A DNA stretch of 64,000 bases from assembly GCA_046075565.1 (NCBI GenBank), contig JBJTQJ010000052.1, forward strand, positions 64,001 to 128,000. The letters are read 5' to 3'. The stretch is from Verrucomicrobiales bacterium. Its GTDB lineage: Bacteria; Verrucomicrobiota; Verrucomicrobiia; Verrucomicrobiales; SLCJ01. Positions 38,298-47,278 of this stretch are shown piece after piece (the stretch's first letter is position 1; each line of letters begins with the position of its first letter). The position numbers and the translations under genes were made by a program. The notes beneath the pieces were generated by a model, which was not told the DNA's origin, ran no database searches, and saw only the letters and a program-made list of their open reading frames with translations.

Positions 38298-38835
38298 GCG
38301 GTTCGAGAGTGGGCGCGAGCTGGTGCGAGGCGATGAAGTCGAGGATCTCGCGAGCCAGGGCCTCGCAGTCCTTGCGCCATTTGCCGGTCCCGCGCAACTG
38401 GCGCACGCAGGGCCGGAGTTCGCGCACCTTGACTTCGCGCGCGCCGTGGGCGGTGCAGGCTTCGAGGTGTCGGCGTAGGCCGGCAAAGAAATGCAATTCG
38501 AAGCCATTGCCGGCTTCGCGCGCCATTTCGGCCAAGCGGAGCACCGGGGGCGGCGGTGTCGCATCGATGTGGGCGGCGATATCCGCGCAGTCGAGTTTGT
38601 CGAGCAAGGCCTTCATGCGCTCGAGGAGAGCGGGGAGGGGAATGACGGTGCCTTCGTAGTTCCGGACGAGATATTCCATGATGCCGCGCGCGATATCATC
38701 GGCGGGCCAGAATTCTCCACGACCGGAGGCGCGCGCCGCTTCTTCGATACGCTGGCGGATCCATTCCTCGTCGCAAGGCTCCATCGGCAGATTGCCGACG
38801 CTGAGGAGCGGTTGACGGTGGGGAAGGGAAATCAT
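38284..38835 (-). CDS. Hypothetical protein with ATP-cone-like N-terminal domain
   Basis: EPCDEEWIRQRIEEAARASG..ADDIARGIMEYL..VIPLPALLERMKALL..ADIA resembles the ATP-cone helix pattern. Confidence 0.6.
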   Translation of the reverse strand: MISLPHRQPLLSVGNLPMEPCDEEWIRQRIEEAARASGRGEFWPADDIARGIMEYLVRNYEGTVIPLPALLERMKALLDKLDCADIAAHIDATPPPPVLRLAEMAREAGNGFELHFFAGLRRHLEACTAHGAREVKVRELRPCVRQLRGTGKWRKDCEALAREILDFIASHQLAPTLEPHDPL

Positions 38836-38859
38836 GGAGGAGAATGTAACGGGCGTTTG

Positions 38860-39363
38860 TTAGCGACCGGGGGAGGGGAAAAGCTCGATTTGTTGGACCG
38901 GGCGACCGGCAGCGGTATTTTCGAGCGATTGGATTTCTTCGATGAACTCCTCGACGGCGGTGAACTTCCGGTAAACCGAGGCGTATCGCACGTAGGCGAC
39001 GGGGTCGATATCGCGGAGCATGGTCATGACTTTGTTGCCAATGGTGGCGGAAGGGACTTCTCTCACACCGTCGGACTGGAGTTCGTTGATGATGTCGTCG
39101 ATGGCCTTGTCGAGCACGTCGATGGAAACCGGGCGCTTTTCGCAGGCCTTGACGACCCCGCGGAAAAGTTTTTCCCGGCTAAATTCCTCCCGACGATTGT
39201 CGCGTTTCACCACCGCGAGGGTGGCCTGTTCGATGGCCTCGTAGGTTGTGAACCGATGGCCGCATGCGAGACATTCGCGACGCCGGCGAATCGACGTCCC
39301 TTCTCTGGCGAGTCGGGAATCAACCACCTTGTCATCCAATGAGCCACAGCGAGAACAGCGCAT
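38860..39363 (-). CDS. nrdR: Transcriptional repressor NrdR
   Basis: MRCSRCG, IRRRRECLACGHRFTTYE, VVKRD, VAYVRYASVY. Confidence 0.97.
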   Translation of the reverse strand: MRCSRCGSLDDKVVDSRLAREGTSIRRRRECLACGHRFTTYEAIEQATLAVVKRDNRREEFSREKLFRGVVKACEKRPVSIDVLDKAIDDIINELQSDGVREVPSATIGNKVMTMLRDIDPVAYVRYASVYRKFTAVEEFIEEIQSLENTAAGRPVQQIELFPSPGR

Positions 39364-39376
39364 TTCTGCGAAACAA

Positions 39377-39423
39377 CCTCAAAATATGGGGGTAAAGTCA
39401 CGATGGCAATCATTATCTTGTGG
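39377..39423. promoter_or_regulatory. Tandem NrdR boxes
   Basis: cctCaAaATaTgGggg (39377..39392) and aatCattATcTtGtgg (39408..39423), 31 bp apart. Confidence 0.7.
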
Positions 39424-39562
39424 TTTTTGGTCAAATTTCCCAAATGAAATGCAAATAATGTTTAACAATTGAGGAGGTCTTTCGACCTTGCGGCTGGCCC
39501 TCATCGGCCGTGATGCCGGGGCAGGAACCCGGGTCGGAGTGCCCGAATCGCGTTTTTCCTAC

Positions 39563-39606
39563 CCGGAGGGACACGATCCCGCAGGGTCGTGTCCGTTGCC
39601 CGCGCG
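39563..39606 (+). repeat. GGAG-type REP-like palindrome, copy 2
   Basis: Matches 3576..3619. Confidence 0.75.
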
Positions 39607-39698
39607 AACGACAGGCCATGTCGGGCAAGCCGATGACGCGGACCCCGACCCTCCTCGTTTTAGGCACCAGAGCCCTCAGGCGCCTGTGCGGAACCGTG

Positions 39699-40367
39699 TC
39701 AGCTCACCGGGCATCCTCCCCTCACCGCCTCGAACTGATGGGCATTGAGCGGGGTCTCGCGGGTGGAGATATTCCACTCCGGTTGCCGTAGCCCGAGGGT
39801 GTCGGCGAGTTCGGAGCCGAGGAAGCCGGCTTCGATGCTGATCTTCATGTCGTGTTTGGTCACGGGATTGAGACGGAAGGGATAAAGAAGAAATCGCATC
39901 CAGAGCGACTGCCGCGCGGGTTCGCGCGCCAGGAAGAACCGGGCATTTGTTAGGCGCGCACCGAGTATAGACAAGGTCCGATCATCAAAGTGGTGTAACA
40001 TCAGACAAACCATGACACCATCAGCATCGGCGAGGGCATCGGAATGGAAGATATTTTCCTGCCGCCATTCGAAGCGGGGGTCGTCCGGCCAATCGGGCGG
40101 ACGTGGTGCCAAATCAATGGCGGTGAAATGGATGGAAAAGTCGCGCGACAGGTGGCTCTGCAAACTCCGGGCGAAGGAACCATCACCAGCGCCCAGCTCG
40201 ACGATTTTCATGCCCGGCCTGAGATGTTTCATCAAACGGGTGCGCAACCAGCGGTCATTACCCATGAGTGTATTGATGAACCGGAGGTCGCGCCGGGAAG
40301 CAACCGCATCCGGGTGATCCGGCGGCAAATGGTCGAGGATTTCCGGTTGGGGATTTCTCGTGGTCAT
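39699..40367 (-). CDS. Class I SAM-dependent methyltransferase
   Basis: EILDHL..SRRDLRFIN; VELGAGDG; LHHF. Confidence 0.85.
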   Translation of the reverse strand: MTTRNPQPEILDHLPPDHPDAVASRRDLRFINTLMGNDRWLRTRLMKHLRPGMKIVELGAGDGSFARSLQSHLSRDFSIHFTAIDLAPRPPDWPDDPRFEWRQENIFHSDALADADGVMVCLMLHHFDDRTLSILGARLTNARFFLAREPARQSLWMRFLLYPFRLNPVTKHDMKISIEAGFLGSELADTLGLRQPEWNISTRETPLNAHQFEAVRGGCPVS

Positions 40368-40380
40368 CGCTCGGGATCGC

Positions 40381-41361
40381 TCAGGTGATGAACATACAAT
40401 CGCCGTAGCTGAAGAAGCGGTAGCGTTCTTTCACGGCCTCGCGATAGGCTTCGAGAATCAACTCGCGTCCGGCCAGCGCGCTCACCAGCATGAGCAGTGT
40501 GGATTTCGGAAGATGGAAGTTGGTCAGCAGCGCGCCCACGCATTTGAACGTGTAGGGCGGGTGAATGTAGATGGAGGTAACACCCGGCCCGGCCTGCGGA
40601 TGTGCTCCCGGTTCGGTGGCGGATTCGAGCACGCGGGCGCTGGTGGTGCCAATGGCGACGACACGGCGGGCCCCGGCCATTGCGGCCACGGTTTCATCCG
40701 GCACGAAGAATTGTTCCGCGTGCATCTGGTGATCGGTGATCGCTTCGGCTTTCACCGGCCGGAAGGTCCCGATGCCAACATGCAAGGTAACAAAAGCGTG
40801 CGGGATGGCGGCGAGGATTTCGTCGGTGAAATGGAGCCCGGCGGTCGGAGCGGCCACCGAACCGGCCGCGCGCGCATAGACGGTTTGGTAACGCTCGCGA
40901 TCCTCTTCTTCCTGGGCGCGGTTCATGTAGGGAGGCAGGGCCAGTTGGCCGTGGCGTTCGAGATCGATTTCCATGTTCCACCGGATGCGGCGCATGCCTT
41001 CTTCGACCACGGCTTCCACGGTGCCGGTGGCCCCGGCTACGCTCACCACCGCTCCGGGCCGCATTTTTTTGCCCGGTTTGACGAGACAATGCCAGACCAG
41101 CGGCTCGGGCTCCGCGATCCTCAGGATCTCGATTTTGCCATCCTCGGAGAAAAACCGGGCGGGCACGACCCGGGAGTTGTTGAAAATGCAAATGTCGCCG
41201 TCACAAAGAAGGGATGGAAAGTCCCGGAACATGGCATGGCGGATCGTGCCGGCCGCGCGGTCCACCACCATCATTCGCGATGCGGCGCGGTCCGGCAGCG
41301 GGTGAGCGGCGATCAACTCATCCGGGAGTTCGTAATCAAAGTCCGACGTTTTCAGGCTCAT
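40381..41361 (-). CDS. queA: S-adenosylmethionine:tRNA ribosyltransferase-isomerase
   Basis: FDYELP, LPPY, RYQTVYA, AAPTAGLHF, TNFHLPKSTL, YRFFSYGD. Confidence 0.97.
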   Translation of the reverse strand: MSLKTSDFDYELPDELIAAHPLPDRAASRMMVVDRAAGTIRHAMFRDFPSLLCDGDICIFNNSRVVPARFFSEDGKIEILRIAEPEPLVWHCLVKPGKKMRPGAVVSVAGATGTVEAVVEEGMRRIRWNMEIDLERHGQLALPPYMNRAQEEEDRERYQTVYARAAGSVAAPTAGLHFTDEILAAIPHAFVTLHVGIGTFRPVKAEAITDHQMHAEQFFVPDETVAAMAGARRVVAIGTTSARVLESATEPGAHPQAGPGVTSIYIHPPYTFKCVGALLTNFHLPKSTLLMLVSALAGRELILEAYREAVKERYRFFSYGDCMFIT

Positions 41362-41451
41362 GCGCCGTATCAATACGACGCATCAGGCCCTGAAGCCAAG
41401 GGACATTTTCCAGATGACGAATTCCCCATCTGATGGCATGGGTGGCTGCCG

Positions 41452-42069
41452 ATGAATGAACCGATCGAAATCACCGTGGCGCGGGGGGCCGAAGTCCTGG
41501 CGCGTATGGACGCTCTTGCCGAGTTGCGGGTGCGTGTTTTCCGGGAATGGCCTTATCTCTATGACGGCGACACCGCCTATGAACACGACTACCTCTCGAC
41601 CTATGCGAAGTGCCCCGAGGCCATCGTCGTGGTGGCCAGCACCGGCGGACGTGTGATCGGGGCATCCACCGCCCTGCCATTGAAGAAAGAACCGGACACG
41701 GTCCGCGCCCCTTTTGCATTGGCCGGCTTGCCCGTCGAGTCTTATTTTTATTTCGGGGAAAGTGTTCTGCTACCCGAGTTTCGCGGTCGGGGCATTGGCG
41801 GGAGGTTCATGGAGGAACGATTGCGGGAAGCGAGCGACACCGGCTACACCTGGGCGACATTTTGTGCGGTCGAACGTGATCCCGCCGACCCACGCCGTCC
41901 GCACGGTTTCTTGGATCTTCATCCTTTCTGGGCCAGCCGCGGCTTCGAAAGACGCGCCGACCTTGCCACCGAATTCCACTGGAAGGAAATCGGAGAAACG
42001 GAGTCCACGGCCAAACCCATGGTCTTCTGGGTGAAATCACTCTCAACCAACCCGCCCGCCCATGGCTGA
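41452..42069 (+). CDS. GNAT family N-acetyltransferase
   Basis: VFREWPYLYDG; YFGESVLLPEFRGRGIG. Confidence 0.88.
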   Translation: MNEPIEITVARGAEVLARMDALAELRVRVFREWPYLYDGDTAYEHDYLSTYAKCPEAIVVVASTGGRVIGASTALPLKKEPDTVRAPFALAGLPVESYFYFGESVLLPEFRGRGIGGRFMEERLREASDTGYTWATFCAVERDPADPRRPHGFLDLHPFWASRGFERRADLATEFHWKEIGETESTAKPMVFWVKSLSTNPPAHG

Positions 42070-42925
42070 ATCCTTTCCCATCGCCCTCTCGACCATGGGC
42101 ATCGAACGCCCGCTTTGTTACGAGGATGTCGTTCGATCGTTGGAGGCAGAGGCCATGCTCGCCGCCGAAAAAGGAGCGCGCTTGCTGGTCTTCCCGGAAT
42201 ATGGATCGATGGTCTTGACCGGTTTGCCCGGTATGACAACCGATCCGAATGACGTGCGATCGCAGATCGAAGCCATCCAAGTCTGGCGCGAGCAATGGTT
42301 GCAAACCCATCTCGAACTCGCCAAGAAACACGGGCTCTCCATTATCGCGTCATCGTTTCCATGGCGAGGATCGAATGACACCACGACCAACCGCGCGTGG
42401 CTTTGTCATCCGGATGGCCGGTATGATTTCCAAGACAAACAAATGATGACCCGCTTCGAACGCGAACAGTGGGATATTGCCAGTGGCGGTGGAGGGCTCA
42501 AGGTTTTTGAGGTCGGCGGGATCCGCCTGGCGATCGCGATTTGTTATGACGTCGAGTTTCCTTTGCTTGTCCGCGCGGCGGCGGAAGCGGGGGCGGAATT
42601 GATTGTCACGCCAAGCAATACGGATGGCTGGCATGGCTACTGGAGGGTCTGCACCGGCGCGCGCGCGCGGGCGCTGGAGAACCAGTGTTATGTCGCAATG
42701 GCTCCGCTCGTGGGCGTGGCCGACTGGACGACGGCCATTGATGTGAATGTCGGTATGACCGGTGTGTTCGGTCCGATTGACACCGGATTTCCCGAGGATG
42801 GAATTCTCGCGAAGGGGGAACAAGCGGGAGGGTTGTTATGCGCCGAATCGTTTCCCGCGCGGTTGCGTTCGGTGCGAAGGCATGGGCAAAATCACAATTT
42901 CGCCGACTGGGATCTTCAACCGTGA
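42062..42925 (+). CDS. Carbon-nitrogen hydrolase (nitrilase superfamily)
   Basis: Catalytic E-K-C in VFPEY, QDK and ICYDVEFP. Confidence 0.9.
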   Translation: MAESFPIALSTMGIERPLCYEDVVRSLEAEAMLAAEKGARLLVFPEYGSMVLTGLPGMTTDPNDVRSQIEAIQVWREQWLQTHLELAKKHGLSIIASSFPWRGSNDTTTNRAWLCHPDGRYDFQDKQMMTRFEREQWDIASGGGGLKVFEVGGIRLAIAICYDVEFPLLVRAAAEAGAELIVTPSNTDGWHGYWRVCTGARARALENQCYVAMAPLVGVADWTTAIDVNVGMTGVFGPIDTGFPEDGILAKGEQAGGLLCAESFPARLRSVRRHGQNHNFADWDLQP

Positions 42926-42979
42926 TGGAAACGGGAGCCCGGGTTTTACGCACAGCAACTCAGTGCTCCTCCGCAAGCT

Positions 42980-44680
42980 TCACTCGTCCTTGAGCAATTC
43001 CTTGTAAAGCAATTCAAGGGCTTTCTCGTCTTTGGCCGCAGGGTCATCCGGAGTCGGCCCAGGCACCACGGGGCCGGGTTCGCCGCCGGGAGTGGTTTCT
43101 CCCGGTGGTGTCGGGCGCGCAGAGGATCCCTCCTTGTTTCGAGCGGCATCCCAGGCATTAATGCGTTCGCTAAGATCTTCGCCGGGATTGGTCGTTGTTC
43201 CGCTCAGGATCACGGAGGTCCACGCTGCTGATTCTTCGCCGGGCTTGAAGAAGGGGGGAGGATTTTCCATGAGCGAATCCTGGGAGATGCCGATTTGGAT
43301 TTGCCCGTCCAGTTTGCCGTTCGAAGCGATCCTCATTTCGCCGGTCACATACGCCCTGCCGATGCCACGGGCCTTGATCTCGCTGATGCGGGTGCCTTCG
43401 GGGGTGAGATTCAGGACGGCGCTGGTTTCGTCGAAATCGAGTCCGGCCAGTTCCCCCGCAGTTATATCGCCGAGTCCGTTGAGAGCGGCGAGTTCGCGTA
43501 TTTGTGTCCTACGGACAGTGATCGGACCTTCGATGGTCCATGTATTGAGCGGGTCGGAAGTCCGCCATGTCAAACGGAGGCCTTCGGCGTTCAGGGTGCC
43601 GGAGAGGTAACGGTTGACGTTCTTGGGCAAAATATCCGCGAGGTTGACGTTGTTCAGGTCGAGCAGGAGTTCGGCGGTGGCTCCGGGGGCTGAAGGAATG
43701 GTGCCTTGAGCTTCAATGAAGCCGACGGGGGCATTGGCTGGTTTGTTTTCGACGGGAGCGGCGAATTGGAACGCGCTGCGTTTCAGTTTCGCACCATCGG
43801 ACCGAAGTTCGGCGCGAAGAACCTCGATGCGAAGGGCAGGCCAGCCGGGCAAGGTGAGCGTGCCATCGCGACCACCGCCAATTTGCAAATCGAAGTAGGT
43901 AGGTGAACCATCTTCGGAAGGCCGCTCGAGCAAAGAGAGCCGAACCTTACGCAGTCCGGGAAGCGCATCGCGGGCGGCGGCGGTGGAATTGGCGGGCACC
44001 CCGAACACGATGTCGGCCTGGGCCACCGTCACGTCGCTGAAGTGGATGCGCTCCGGTTCGTCGGCGAGAAGAAACCCAGCGGCGGTGGCGCGCGCCCGAT
44101 TCAGGGCAGCGACGGCGACCGGAAGAGGCGCGGCAAGACTGACTTTCAGATTCGCGATGGCACAACCTTCCACTTGCCAACTGCCTCCCAGAAATGAACC
44201 GGGGTTCAACCGCATCTCCACTTCCTGAAACTCCGCGGTGCGGATCATGGAACCCGGCTTTCCTTGCATGGCGGCTTGGCCGACCATCAGGCTCAAGGCG
44301 CGCAATTTCGTGTCTTTGATCGCAACGGACTCAAGGTCGAGGTCACGGGTGAGAGTCCGGGCCACACCTTCCTGGAAACGACCGGTGCCGGTGGAAGCAG
44401 CCACCACGAAATAGGTCACGGCCAGCAAAACGACCAGCGCGGGCACACCGAAATACGCGAGCCGGGAAAAAAAACGAATCCACCGGGGGTCGCGGACCAG
44501 TCCGGATTTGGTCTTGCCCGTGCGGCGGCGTTTCTGGCGGCGCACCGTCACCTTGCCGGTCTCCGGGTCCACCTCGCGTTCCTCACTGCGGACGCGCGAA
44601 CCTTCCGGGCGGTTCTCGCGGAGGCGATCCACCATTTCCTGGTAAGAATACTGCAGCTTGGGGTCGCGATCGGCAGACAT
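42980..44680 (-). CDS. Membrane-anchored beta-rich (AsmA-like) protein
   Basis: Basic N-terminus, single TM, amphipathic beta strands, C-terminal LSGTTTNP.EDL. Confidence 0.55.
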   Translation of the reverse strand: MSADRDPKLQYSYQEMVDRLRENRPEGSRVRSEEREVDPETGKVTVRRQKRRRTGKTKSGLVRDPRWIRFFSRLAYFGVPALVVLLAVTYFVVAASTGTGRFQEGVARTLTRDLDLESVAIKDTKLRALSLMVGQAAMQGKPGSMIRTAEFQEVEMRLNPGSFLGGSWQVEGCAIANLKVSLAAPLPVAVAALNRARATAAGFLLADEPERIHFSDVTVAQADIVFGVPANSTAAARDALPGLRKVRLSLLERPSEDGSPTYFDLQIGGGRDGTLTLPGWPALRIEVLRAELRSDGAKLKRSAFQFAAPVENKPANAPVGFIEAQGTIPSAPGATAELLLDLNNVNLADILPKNVNRYLSGTLNAEGLRLTWRTSDPLNTWTIEGPITVRRTQIRELAALNGLGDITAGELAGLDFDETSAVLNLTPEGTRISEIKARGIGRAYVTGEMRIASNGKLDGQIQIGISQDSLMENPPPFFKPGEESAAWTSVILSGTTTNPGEDLSERINAWDAARNKEGSSARPTPPGETTPGGEPGPVVPGPTPDDPAAKDEKALELLYKELLKDE

Positions 44681-44711
44681 CGGGGAAAATCAGGAAGCAA
44701 GAAAATGGTGA

Positions 44712-47204
44712 TCAGGGCGAGATGGAAGCGGCATTCACCGAGGAAGCATTGAGCGGGCGACCGGATGGATCGAGCACACGCACGGTGAGGAAAATCATCA
44801 GGGCCTTCCGTGAACTCTTGCGGGCATTTGATTTGAAAAGACGTCCCAGGATCGGAGCATCCCCGAGAATCGGGACCTTGTCGTTGATGGTCTCGGACTG
44901 TTCCCCGAGCATACCACCGACAAAAATGGTCTGGCCATCGTAAACACTGGTGCTCGTCTTGAGGTGGCGGGTCTCAAAGATCGGCTGGATGATCCTGTTT
45001 TCAGTGATGATAATGCTTGTCGGACGGCCGAGACCATCTATGGCGCCGGAGGTAATCGGGGTGCCGTAATTGACGAAGCCGATGAACTCGCGGTGGGTGA
45101 TATCCATGTTCACTTCCACGAGTTTTTTATCGGCGGAAACAACAGGATCCACTTCGAGAATGGAGCCGACAGGTTTGGAGTCGAAGGCGGCCGGGTTCGC
45201 CGGGGTAACAGGGAAAGTGGTCACCGTGGCCGGACTCAAGAGACCACCGCCGCCGCCACCACCAAGCGCATCGTTGCCGACGGAGTTGGGCAACTCCGGC
45301 GGATCAAACTCGGTCGGGTAGATGAAATCGCGAATCACCTCGATGCGGGCGGGCAGACCACTGCGCGTGGTCACCGTCGGCGCGTTGAGGAAGTCGGTGC
45401 CTTTGGCTTGGGAAATCGCGCGGATGACGACTTGGAAATTCGGCTCGGACAACGCACCGGCGATGGAAAGAATTCCTGGCGCGCGCAGCACACCTTGCGC
45501 GAGTTTGCTGGCGTCCTGCACATCGAGCAGGCGGTCGAGATTCCGTCCGGTGAAAGCGGTATCACCGCTCCGGTTGCCCGCGGTCACCGGGTTCGATCCG
45601 ACTGGTCCTCCGCCGGGATAATTGAAAGGATACGTGTTGGGCGCGAGCATTCCCGGGCCGGTGCCCCCGGCAACCGCCACACCATTCGATCCGGTGAAGG
45701 CACCGAGCAACCAGTCGAAACCGAGTTCGCGCGCGGTTAATTCATTCACCTCGAGCATCTTGGCCTCGATGGTCACCTGGGGATTGATGTTGGACCTCGC
45801 CGCTTCGATCATGCCCTCCAGCATCTCGTGATTGGCCTGGGAGCTCCGCATGGTCACCGTGCTCGTGCGGGGGTCGAAATTCGCACTCGCCCCCTCCGGG
45901 AATGTCAAACCGGTCTGCTCCAAAAATGTTTTCGCGGAAAGCCTTTGCAGTGCCAAACCACCGCCGCCCGGATTTCCGAAGGGATCACCCGCATCGCCAC
46001 CGGCTTGGGTTGGCACATTGGAAATGAAATCCGGGGGAACATCATAGGTCCGCGTGTAAAGCGAGGCATTCGCCGATGCCGGGGGCACGAGCACCACGGC
46101 AAATGGCTCGACCACCACGGCGAGCCCGGCTTGTTCGGCCAGATAACGCAGCACCGCTTCCAATGGCACGTCGGTGAGGCGGAGATTGATCTCGCGATTG
46201 ATCACCTGCTGGGCGAACGGCTCGTCCAAAGAACCGATGCGCAGAATCACGCTCACGCCGCGTGCTTCACCCTCTTTCGCACCACGATCCAACATGCGGG
46301 CTTTGGAGACGACGGTCTGCAACGCATCGCGGATATCAACTCCTTCGAGCGCGATGTTGTCGATCTGAATCTCGCGCAGTTTCTTGCCGATGGCATCACG
46401 AGCCGCCACCTCGGTGACCTGCCCTTGGGCCTGCGCAACGGTGGCGCGCACGGCGGCGGCGTTTGCCTCGGGGTTTTCCGACGTCCATCCTTGGTCCACC
46501 TGCCGGAGCATGCGGGCCCGGCTGTGGTTGTAGGCGGCACCGGCATACTCGATGATGGCGCCTTCGACTTTTTCCATGCCCTCGCGGGCCGCGACATTGT
46601 AACGATCAATCCGCAGAACTTCTTCGTAGGTGGCGCGGGCTTCATCAAAGCGTCCGAGATTGTAGTGCGATTCCGCGAGCGTGAGCAAACGCAGGACTTC
46701 CTTGCGGTTGGCCGCCAGTTCCGGAGAGTTCGCGGGAGGATAACGCACGGGATCCTGGATCTCGGCCAAAAGGCGTTTGGCAGGACGGTTGTCCGGATCC
46801 ATATCAACGGCCAGAACCCGATCGAGCAACGTTTTGGCTTCGGGGTAGCTGCCCGCGCTCGCCAGACGACCGGCTTCCTCGGTGGCAATCTCCGAAAAAG
46901 TATCGCGGGCGGCCGCACGGGTGGCGAGAGTCATGGGCGACTGCGGCAAGGAAGCACGCGCGGCCGCGAGTTTGTCGAGAGCGATGGCGACTTCCCCCTT
47001 CGCGGCCAATTCTCGTGCCTCAATGGTGGCGGCATCGGCCGCCCGGGTCGCATTGGCGCGTTTCTCGGCCTCGATTTCCGCCATTCCCGCGATGGAATGC
47101 GGGCCGGAATCCGCGATCGGACCAGCCACGACGGCGCACCAAGAGGCGCCCAAGAAAAGGGCAACCAGGAGGTTTCGGGATCGGGTCGTGGGTCTGGGTT
47201 TCAT
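44712..47204 (-). CDS. Type II/IV secretin (GspD/PilQ family, Amuc_1098-like) with TPR N-terminus
   Basis: QVTIEAKMLEV, ELGFDW, APTVTTRSG, KVPILGDAPILGRLF. Confidence 0.9.
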   Translation of the reverse strand: MKPRPTTRSRNLLVALFLGASWCAVVAGPIADSGPHSIAGMAEIEAEKRANATRAADAATIEARELAAKGEVAIALDKLAAARASLPQSPMTLATRAAARDTFSEIATEEAGRLASAGSYPEAKTLLDRVLAVDMDPDNRPAKRLLAEIQDPVRYPPANSPELAANRKEVLRLLTLAESHYNLGRFDEARATYEEVLRIDRYNVAAREGMEKVEGAIIEYAGAAYNHSRARMLRQVDQGWTSENPEANAAAVRATVAQAQGQVTEVAARDAIGKKLREIQIDNIALEGVDIRDALQTVVSKARMLDRGAKEGEARGVSVILRIGSLDEPFAQQVINREINLRLTDVPLEAVLRYLAEQAGLAVVVEPFAVVLVPPASANASLYTRTYDVPPDFISNVPTQAGGDAGDPFGNPGGGGLALQRLSAKTFLEQTGLTFPEGASANFDPRTSTVTMRSSQANHEMLEGMIEAARSNINPQVTIEAKMLEVNELTARELGFDWLLGAFTGSNGVAVAGGTGPGMLAPNTYPFNYPGGGPVGSNPVTAGNRSGDTAFTGRNLDRLLDVQDASKLAQGVLRAPGILSIAGALSEPNFQVVIRAISQAKGTDFLNAPTVTTRSGLPARIEVIRDFIYPTEFDPPELPNSVGNDALGGGGGGGLLSPATVTTFPVTPANPAAFDSKPVGSILEVDPVVSADKKLVEVNMDITHREFIGFVNYGTPITSGAIDGLGRPTSIIITENRIIQPIFETRHLKTSTSVYDGQTIFVGGMLGEQSETINDKVPILGDAPILGRLFKSNARKSSRKALMIFLTVRVLDPSGRPLNASSVNAASISP

Positions 47205-47278
47205 CCTCAAGCGATATTCGCAGTGATCGAACTCTGAACAAAGCCTTTTCTTTCCTCCAACGCAAGCCGCTCTTGCGC

